Shown: positions 57,513-64,000 of the stretch, one piece after another
Layout: each line of letters starts with the position of its first letter
How positions within the stretch are numbered: position 1 is the first letter of the stretch
Origin: a virus
Direction: 5' to 3' (one strand)
IMG/VR virus record: IMGVR_UViG_3300008259_000147
Coordinates: 14,656-78,655 of that record
DNA length: 64,000 nt
Program-made: the position numbers and the translations under genes
The notes under the pieces: model-generated
Told to the model about the DNA's origin: nothing
Database searches by the model: none
The model's input: the letters and a program-made list of their open reading frames with translations, nothing else

Positions 57513-58210
57513 TATGTATTATTTTGTACAGAGGTACTAGCTCTTGTATATTGATTGAATGATTCTATATCGGCTGCTAAAATAGCCACAGCATTGTCCA
57601 CTAATATCTCAGCAATATCATCTTTAAACTCACAAGGAACATCTATTCCAGGTAAACCTGTACTTATATCAATACAATTTTGAAATTCTACTGGTATAGG
57701 TTTTCTATAATAAGTAAGATCTACAGAGGTTACTTCAAATTCACCATTTGTATAAACAGTAAATTCATTGCCAGCTAAATAAGCTACTGTCTCACCCCAC
57801 TCAAAGCTTGGCTTCTTATTTGCATCTCTTAAGATTACATATAAGTCAGCCTTATCTACCATGTAAACAATGATATTTCTATCAGGACAGCAATCACTCT
57901 TAGCCATTACATACAATGAAGTATAATTCATATAGTCTGCTGGATAAGGTAATGATACCCAATTATCTGCATAGTTCATACCATTTAATGATACTGTAGT
58001 GATTAACTTCTGAGTATCATCATAGTTAATCTTAGTAGAACCATCACCTGTTTGCTTTTGATTGTAGCCACCAATTTGTCTTCGCACCCATTCCAATTGA
58101 GCCTTGTTAAATGCTTCAACTATCTGCCAGCATTCAAAGTTATCATAATCTAGAGAGGCCAATTTATTTAGCCTCTCTTTGATTTTTATTTGGAGTTGTG
58201 CGTTTGTCAT
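57512..58210 (-). CDS. Head-tail ring/adaptor protein (232 aa)
   Basis: RLNKLAS.DYDN...AFNKAQLEW, KKPSFEWGET, LTYYRKP, EILVD.AV motifs of crAss-like ring proteins. Confidence 0.65.
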   Translation of the reverse strand: MTNAQLQIKIKERLNKLASLDYDNFECWQIVEAFNKAQLEWVRRQIGGYNQKQTGDGSTKINYDDTQKLITTVSLNGMNYADNWVSLPYPADYMNYTSLYVMAKSDCCPDRNIIVYMVDKADLYVILRDANKKPSFEWGETVAYLAGNEFTVYTNGEFEVTSVDLTYYRKPIPVEFQNCIDISTGLPGIDVPCEFKDDIAEILVDNAVAILAADIESFNQYTRASTSVQNNT

Positions 58211-59220
58211 TAGTTATTCCAATATTTTTCTACACCTTTTGTAAGACTCATTAAGATGTCTTCATGTAGAGGGTTCTTTAAGAATTCAGTGATTTCTGAT
58301 GGATTCTTACCTAACAAAGTATTAGATTCTGTATGGTAGATAAAACCATCACCTCTTGTAACAATTAATTTATAATAAGAAGAATCTTTGATAATAGATC
58401 TAATCTTTAATGTCTCCATATCTAGATTAGCAATATCTAAGAATCTTTGAGCTGTTTGCTTCTTATTTGTTTCAACAGTTTCTCCATTGATGTATTTATC
58501 CATGTTATCATACATAACATCAGTGGGAGTTGACTTCTTATATTGAGGACTATTAGGATCAACAACCTTACATACATACATAAGTTTGTTTACATTCTTG
58601 TTAGATAATTTCTCTAACTCCGCAAGAGCTTTATTTCTAATCTTCTTAACCTCAGTTTTAATAGAAGCAGTCTCTTCAAACTTATCTAAGTAAAACTTAT
58701 AGTTACCTTTTCTAGCTACATCTAAACTTTTAGCTACAATACTAAATCCACCAGCTTCAATTGCTCTTAACTTAATAAGATCATGTACATCTGTTGTATT
58801 TAAAAATACAGGCTCATTACCTATTCTGATTACAATTCTTCCCCAAAACTCATCATTAGTTGGAGAAAGAAGTTTAATCTTATTCCAGAAATCTTTGTCA
58901 TCAGGATCAACAAAATTTGTTGCCATCTCTGCTTCTAATTTAGAAACAATGTTTCTGATTTCTTTAGCAGCTGCCTCTCTTTCTTCTGTAGGTAACTTCT
59001 TAATCTCAGGAGCAAATTCATTAAGGCCTGTAACCCATCTCTTGATTCCATTAATCTCAAGACAAGCTAATTGTTCCTCGTGGAACACTCCATCAAATAA
59101 AGCTAAGTCATACTTTTCTAAGCCCATGTTGCTTTTAGTTGGATCAACATAAGGTCTAATGGCAATAGTACTTGTGTACTGTTTACCTACTGGGGTTGTT
59201 TCTACAATTGTTACACTCAT
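58210..59220 (-). CDS. Conserved crAss-like capsid-module protein (336 aa)
   Basis: Position after the MCP; WVTGLNEFAP, NDEFW, LLGKNPSEITEFLKNPLHEDIL motifs. Confidence 0.55.
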   Translation of the reverse strand: MSVTIVETTPVGKQYTSTIAIRPYVDPTKSNMGLEKYDLALFDGVFHEEQLACLEINGIKRWVTGLNEFAPEIKKLPTEEREAAAKEIRNIVSKLEAEMATNFVDPDDKDFWNKIKLLSPTNDEFWGRIVIRIGNEPVFLNTTDVHDLIKLRAIEAGGFSIVAKSLDVARKGNYKFYLDKFEETASIKTEVKKIRNKALAELEKLSNKNVNKLMYVCKVVDPNSPQYKKSTPTDVMYDNMDKYINGETVETNKKQTAQRFLDIANLDMETLKIRSIIKDSSYYKLIVTRGDGFIYHTESNTLLGKNPSEITEFLKNPLHEDILMSLTKGVEKYWNN

Positions 59221-59224
59221 TTTT

Positions 59225-59244
59225 TGTTGGTTTTTGTTGGTTTT
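59225..59244 (-). repeat. Tandem 10-bp leader repeat AAAACCAACA x2
   Basis: Plus strand tgttggtttt-tgttggtttt just upstream of ATG 59220; single copies at 54789-54798 and 63023-63032. Confidence 0.8.
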
Positions 59245-59254
59245 ATTTATTGAT

Positions 59255-59851
59255 TTATGGATTTAAAATCCATGATATATCTACTGCTTTGTATTCTAAT
59301 ATGATTTTTATATTATCTGCTGGATTTAATGCTAAACCACCAATTGCAGTAACTTGAATTTTTTGAATACCTGTCAATGTTACATTATATGTAGCCTCAG
59401 TGTTTCCAGCTTTATATTGAATTGATGAAACAGTACTACCACCTACAGGAAAATAATTTTGACCTCCTGTAACAATAAAACAATTTTTCCATTGTACACC
59501 ATCATTTCTTCCAATATAAAATGGAACTGCTGTTGCTGAAATAACATGTGGTGTTGCAAGACTAACAATTACTGTTCCACCTGTCACTACTAAACATTTT
59601 CCATCAGCAATTAACTGATTCATTTGTGGAGTATTTATATCAAATTCAAATAAACCAGCAGCAACTTGAGTCCCTGTAATAATAATTTCTTCACTATAAT
59701 TAGTGGAATTTGTTGTTCCACCTGAAGGATTATTATTGATTTCTTCAATCAAATAATTAATGTGTCCAAAGCAAGCTGGCCAATGCTGAGCTTGATCAGT
59801 CTTTGGAATATATGGATCAGGTACTTTAGGAATTAGTTTCTTTATTGGCAT
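59255..59851 (-). CDS. Putative head decoration protein (198 aa)
   Basis: N-terminus shared with the 161-aa neighbour; beta-rich C-terminus. Confidence 0.5.
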   Translation of the reverse strand: MPIKKLIPKVPDPYIPKTDQAQHWPACFGHINYLIEEINNNPSGGTTNSTNYSEEIIITGTQVAAGLFEFDINTPQMNQLIADGKCLVVTGGTVIVSLATPHVISATAVPFYIGRNDGVQWKNCFIVTGGQNYFPVGGSTVSSIQYKAGNTEATYNVTLTGIQKIQVTAIGGLALNPADNIKIILEYKAVDISWILNP

Positions 59852-59853
59852 TA

Positions 59854-60339
59854 TTACAATGTTTTAATTTCATAGTAAAAATAGAAAGATCCTTCACCTT
59901 GATTTAATCCTACTATAGGATTTGCATTATAGATCTTAATATTAAGGCCATCAACAGCTCCTGAAACTAACATGTAAGGAACAAATTCATCACCTGCAGC
60001 TGCACCATAATATGGAGTTAATTGAACATATATGTTCTCTTTATTAGCAATATTTAATACTGGATTATTTGTTAAAGTGATTAACACATGAGTTTGAAAC
60101 CCTTCATCAGGAACTACTGTATCCCAATTGATAACATCAATAATTCCTTTATTAGTATTAATTGCTAAAGTAGTTGTGACATCTACATCTAATTCATAGT
60201 GAGCAAGATCACTAAGATCATTTACAATAGTGTTAACATGAGCCATTCTAGCTAATGCTGCTTCTGCATCTGTAGATCTTTTTAAGATAGCATCTGGAGA
60301 TGCTGGAAATATTTTATTTAATAATTTGAAGTATCCCAT
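59854..60339 (-). CDS. Putative head decoration protein (161 aa)
   Basis: Immediately after the MCP; P.SPD...LARMAHVN N-terminal motif; beta-rich C-terminus. Confidence 0.5.
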   Translation of the reverse strand: MGYFKLLNKIFPASPDAILKRSTDAEAALARMAHVNTIVNDLSDLAHYELDVDVTTTLAINTNKGIIDVINWDTVVPDEGFQTHVLITLTNNPVLNIANKENIYVQLTPYYGAAAGDEFVPYMLVSGAVDGLNIKIYNANPIVGLNQGEGSFYFYYEIKTL

Positions 60340-60371
60340 TTGATTTAATTTTTATTATGTTACAATGATAA

Positions 60372-60404
60372 GAAAAAAGAGGGAGAGTTTGTGGCTCTCC
60401 CTCT
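60372..60404 (-). terminator. Intrinsic terminator after the major capsid gene
   Basis: Perfect 10-bp stem AGAGGGAGAG-CCACAAA-CTCTCCCTCT followed by a T run. Confidence 0.85.
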
Positions 60405-60417
60405 GATTCTTTTGTTA

Positions 60418-62043
60418 TTAGAATGAGCCTCCTGTGATAGGGTTTCTCATAACGATCTTCAATACCTTAGTTGGATCTTTCACCCAAATAGCTGGCATTG
60501 TTTGAGTCATGTAAACTCTATAACCATTGAATACTCCATTTGATTGGAATCCTTGAGTTCTTCCCATGTAATCCATTGTACCATTTTGGTAGAACCATTT
60601 TAATTGGTTATCCCAAGAAAGTTTCAATAAGAAGATATTATCATTTGTGTTATCAGTGATATCAAAGATGATAAAGTTGTAAGAAGATAATGGATATCCA
60701 TCAATCATTGGGTTTTCAATGTCATTAGTATGAACATTGTCAAACGCTGGATTCAATACAAACTTCACATTTGCTAAGAAAGGAATTGTGTAGCTAGTGA
60801 ATGCAAATCCAAAGTTCAAGTCCATGCCTTGGCCAGTGATAGCTCCAATACCACCACCACCATTAGTACCAGCATTGATTACTAAACCTGCAGAGATAGC
60901 CTCACGCTTGATAGCCTCATTAACAAGCTTCATTCCACCAATACCTGTTTGAACAATAAGTTCACGCTTAGGATCTGGTCCTTTGAACTCAACCTTACCA
61001 TTGTAGAAGTTGAAGATCTCAGCACGGAATAATTCAAGAGAGAATTGACCTTTGTTGTAGATACGCTTGAATGCACTATCTAACTGCTTCCAAAGACCGA
61101 CAGATAATCTGATATCATCTGGACCATCTTGCTTAATTCTACCACCTTGTCCCCACATTAAGTAAGTTTCAATGTCAGTAGCAATCTTGCTTAAGTGAGC
61201 TGCTTCAAGAGCTGTAACAAATGATCTTGTTAAAGTACCATTGTCATAAGCACGCTTCACATACTCTTTACCCATTTTAGAAACCATTGTCTCTAATGAA
61301 GTAATTGAAGGATCCATGTTCTTATCAAACATTTTCCAGATCTCAGTAACAGGAAGTGTTCCATCTGCATTTAATCCACCTTTCATCATCAACTCAGCAC
61401 GAGAAGAGATTGAATAGTGAACATGAGCTTCAGCACCACCAACATAGTTATAGTACTCACGGAAACCTGTCTGTACAGAGATGTCAGAAAATCTCTCACC
61501 ATACTCACCACGAGCAGAACCTTTTCTGAAGAATTTAGTTCCTGGCTCTCTGTATAATGCAGATAAAGTAGCAGCATTATCATTGTTTACTAATTGAACA
61601 GTGTAGATGAAACCATCACCTGCTGGGATAATATCATCAGCTGTGATATAAAGTTCCATACCATTGTACTTATCATAAGTGATAATATCACCATGACCAA
61701 AGATACGCTTGTTCAATTTGATTTTGAAAGTAACACCATCTGCTCCTACTGGTCCTTGTTCTAAATCATCAACGATGTAAGGAAGATCTTGTACTGTTGG
61801 AGTTTGCCATTTGTATTCTCCACGAGGATTGTCTACTAAAATAGTATTCTTACCTCCAAAAGAAGCCATCTGATAAAGAGGCATCTCTACTTTTTGAGCC
61901 ATTGCCCAAAGGTCCACAGGACCCATGTCCATCGGTTCTGTGCCTCGTAACATATTGACAAGATGGTAACTGTCAACATGAGAACTTGCTTGATACTGAG
62001 TATCGCGCAAGAAGAGGCCATTGTTCATTACTGGTGTAGCCAT
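60418..62043 (-). CDS. Major capsid protein (crAss-like), 541 aa
   Basis: Position portal-scaffold-MCP; SHVDSYHL, GEYKWQ, IETYLMWG, GLWKQL, VQTGIGG, LNPAFD, GYPLSSY, IWVKDPTK motifs; high-expression codon use; strong terminator. Confidence 0.85.
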   Translation of the reverse strand: MATPVMNNGLFLRDTQYQASSHVDSYHLVNMLRGTEPMDMGPVDLWAMAQKVEMPLYQMASFGGKNTILVDNPRGEYKWQTPTVQDLPYIVDDLEQGPVGADGVTFKIKLNKRIFGHGDIITYDKYNGMELYITADDIIPAGDGFIYTVQLVNNDNAATLSALYREPGTKFFRKGSARGEYGERFSDISVQTGFREYYNYVGGAEAHVHYSISSRAELMMKGGLNADGTLPVTEIWKMFDKNMDPSITSLETMVSKMGKEYVKRAYDNGTLTRSFVTALEAAHLSKIATDIETYLMWGQGGRIKQDGPDDIRLSVGLWKQLDSAFKRIYNKGQFSLELFRAEIFNFYNGKVEFKGPDPKRELIVQTGIGGMKLVNEAIKREAISAGLVINAGTNGGGGIGAITGQGMDLNFGFAFTSYTIPFLANVKFVLNPAFDNVHTNDIENPMIDGYPLSSYNFIIFDITDNTNDNIFLLKLSWDNQLKWFYQNGTMDYMGRTQGFQSNGVFNGYRVYMTQTMPAIWVKDPTKVLKIVMRNPITGGSF

Positions 62044-62083
62044 TTTTTCTAAATGTGTTTAAGTGTTATTAAAGGTTAATGTG

Positions 62084-63018
62084 TTATCTTTTAAATATAT
62101 TTTGTTGTCTTGGTATAGTTCTTTTTGCTGGTTTTCTATCTTCATCTTCAGTCATTTGTGTTGAAGATAATTTTCTAGCTTCTTCAGTTTTTAACTTTCT
62201 CACAGTATCTTGAGCAACTTCATTTTTAGCTGCTTGCATAATTTGTGATTTATAACTAGTAGGATCTGCTAACAACCACAATGCTTCAGCAACTAAGTCA
62301 TATCTTGGTTCTACAAACTGATATCTCTCAAGTAAGTGGCCAAGTAAATTAGTTCCTTTTCCTTGTAAAGATTGATACTTAGGTTGAGTAAGCTCTGTAA
62401 ATAAGAAAGCCTGAGTCTTCTTATCTAATCTCAATCCATTTAAATGTCCATCTTTAAGTGTTACATAGACATTATCAATGTATTGATTTGCAGCTTCTTC
62501 CTGTTGCACTTTGAATTGTTCTTGTTGTTGCAATTGATAATTAATCACTTGCTCTTGCATCTTATCTAATTTAGGCTTAAATTGATTAGCCTTTCCTCAA
62601 AATTGGCTTGGAGTAATTCCTTCCAATCTTTTGTAGAGTATTCATCTAATGGTTTCTCATCATCAAAAGGTACAATCATACCTTCTTCAATTAACTTAGA
62701 GAATGTATCTACTAAGCCTGACTTGTCAACCTTTGGTCTACCTGGACTACTCTTTGCATCTTCGTCTAAAAGATCATTATCTAAGATTTGTGTTAAAGCT
62801 TCTTTAGCAGCTTCTACATTTATCTTAGGTTCTTCTTTTTCTCCAGCATCAGCAGCAATAGCAGCCTTTGTTTCTAAGAAAGTGGTATCTAAATCTTTAG
62901 GTTTAGAGAACACTGTTGTTTTTGCAGACTCTGGTGCTGTTAGAATATCATCAGCACCTGGCATTGGTAAGAACTCATCCAGGTTTAAATCTGGGGTATT
63001 GTTTTCTTGGGAACTCAT
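62084..63018 (-). CDS. Acidic scaffold-like protein split by a -1 frameshift/deletion near 62590 (ORFs 62566-63018 and 62084-62560)
   Basis: The upstream frame reads ...ELLQANFEER; the -1 frame continues KANQFKPKLDKMQEQV... into the downstream ORF; located between portal and MCP. Confidence 0.65.
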
Positions 63019-63043
63019 ATGTTGTTGGTTTTAGGGTTGTTCC

Positions 63044-63064
63044 TTATTATTAATATATGCAATT
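63044..63064 (-). promoter_or_regulatory. Putative late promoter (TTGCATATATTAATAATAA)
   Basis: Shared TT-n3-TAWATT motif upstream of the scaffold-MCP unit. Confidence 0.4.
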
Positions 63065-63127
63065 TTAAACTTTAAAAGGTTATCAGCCAAAATTTAATTT
63101 TAAAATCATTGCATTATATCACTAAGT

Positions 63128-64000
63128 TTATTTTTTACTTTTTGAATCGTATTTATTCTTGTTAGTTTTAGCAACTTGTAGTTGTTTTTCAGCAATTTCT
63201 TTTCTTGTTTGTAACTCTTGTTGTTTTAAACTAATGTGCTGAGCTTCTCTATTATTCTTATTGACTTCTTGCTCGCGTCTTAAATTCATTTCTTCATCAG
63301 CCTGTCTTTTCTTATCTAAGTATTGTAGAGAGTCTAAGTAATCACTTTGCTCATTTGCATTAACATCACCTGTCTGATAACCAGCTCCTTTAATCTCAGC
63401 AACATCAATTTGAGTTTGTCTATCCAACATTTTCTGTTCAGCTTCAAATTTCTGTTGAGCTTCTTGTGCAGCTTGCTGAGCTTCAAGTTGTTGCTGTTGC
63501 ATTTGTTGCTCATGCTGCATTTGCTCTTGACGCTGAGCATTTGTTTTCTCCTCAATAGTTTTCATAGCATGTGTAACCTCCGCCATTGAATCTGCTTTAA
63601 CAATTGAAGCAAGATCATAGATACTAGCACCAGCTGTATTGTTCTGTATAGCCATTTGTTTGATTTGCTCCATCACTTGTTTGTGATTAACCTTAGTGGA
63701 TACAAATACATTTAACTCTCTAGATAATAACTCAGTACCATTAATTTGAAAATTAACTTTCTCATCTTTAGATGTCATATAAGATAATCTTACAGATGGT
63801 CTATTAGAATGATAATACTGGGCCAAGTCTGTTCTCATCTGATGTACTCTAGGCATTAAATGCTCAGAGTGTTGTACAAAGTACATCTCTGTTTGTGAGT
63901 AACTTGCATTCATTGCTTGCTCTGTACCTGTTGCAGTTTCTTGAGAATTAATCTGCCCCATACGCTGAGGAGTAATCCCAATCACTTCATAAGCTTGTTG
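63128..64000 (-). CDS. Portal protein, C-terminal part (start outside the window)
   Basis: Frame open to the right edge (QQAYEVIGITPQRMG); GITPQRMG...ETATG.EQA...SYSQTEMYF..H motif and long Gln-rich barrel coiled coil of crAss-like portals. Confidence 0.85.
   Translation of the reverse strand, partial: QQAYEVIGITPQRMGQINSQETATGTEQAMNASYSQTEMYFVQHSEHLMPRVHQMRTDLAQYYHSNRPSVRLSYMTSKDEKVNFQINGTELLSRELNVFVSTKVNHKQVMEQIKQMAIQNNTAGASIYDLASIVKADSMAEVTHAMKTIEEKTNAQRQEQMQHEQQMQQQQLEAQQAAQEAQQKFEAEQKMLDRQTQIDVAEIKGAGYQTGDVNANEQSDYLDSLQYLDKKRQADEEMNLRREQEVNKNNREAQHISLKQQELQTRKEIAEKQLQVAKTNKNKYDSKSKK

Noticed and set aside
21288-63555. Short alternative-frame minus-strand ORFs (21288, 25746, 32831, 34328, 43907, 61389, 63334)
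   Set aside because: Nested in well-supported genes, with Met/Leu/Ile-rich off-frame composition.
1-64000. Stop-codon reassignment (TAG or TGA), known in some crAss-like phages
   Set aside because: Multi-kilobase genes are intact in the standard code; TGA ends coupled genes (20869, 30600, 38540); reading through TAG at 62566 does not restore the scaffold frame.
1-64000. CRISPR array, tRNA/rRNA genes, DGR, integrase or transposase
   Set aside because: The window is almost fully coding with short spacers; no regularly spaced DNA repeats, cloverleaf, reverse transcriptase or recombinase motifs seen by eye.

Overview
The whole window is the late (virion) region of a large AT-rich crAss-like (Crassvirales-type) podophage, probably infecting a Bacteroidota host (no Shine-Dalgarno sites, A-rich leaders). 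All real genes lie on the minus strand in the standard genetic code. In transcription order (right to left): C-terminal part of the portal, a frameshifted scaffold-like gene, major capsid protein, two decoration paralogues, ring/auxiliary capsid proteins with an embedded ferritin, a cluster of Cys-rich Lys/Arg-poor fibre proteins, a metallophosphoesterase, an IHF-like protein, a lysozyme, tail tubular/ring and tail stabilisation proteins, four large multi-module proteins (17.5-30.6 kb), and the ejected-cargo triad ending in a >3300-aa virion RNA polymerase that runs off the left edge and is absent from the ORF track. The strongest candidate for an undescribed system is in 17.5-30.6 kb. About 20 copies of a linker motif (hydrophobic/basic-x-x-G-G, often followed by S/E-L-x-K/R-A/Y-Q-x-G) delimit unrelated effector-like modules (two zincins, an ART-like domain, two lysozyme folds, a membrane module with a TonB-box-like motif). 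This suggests a di-glycine-processed virion polyprotein/cargo-tagging system. All family assignments come from motif recognition, not database searches.
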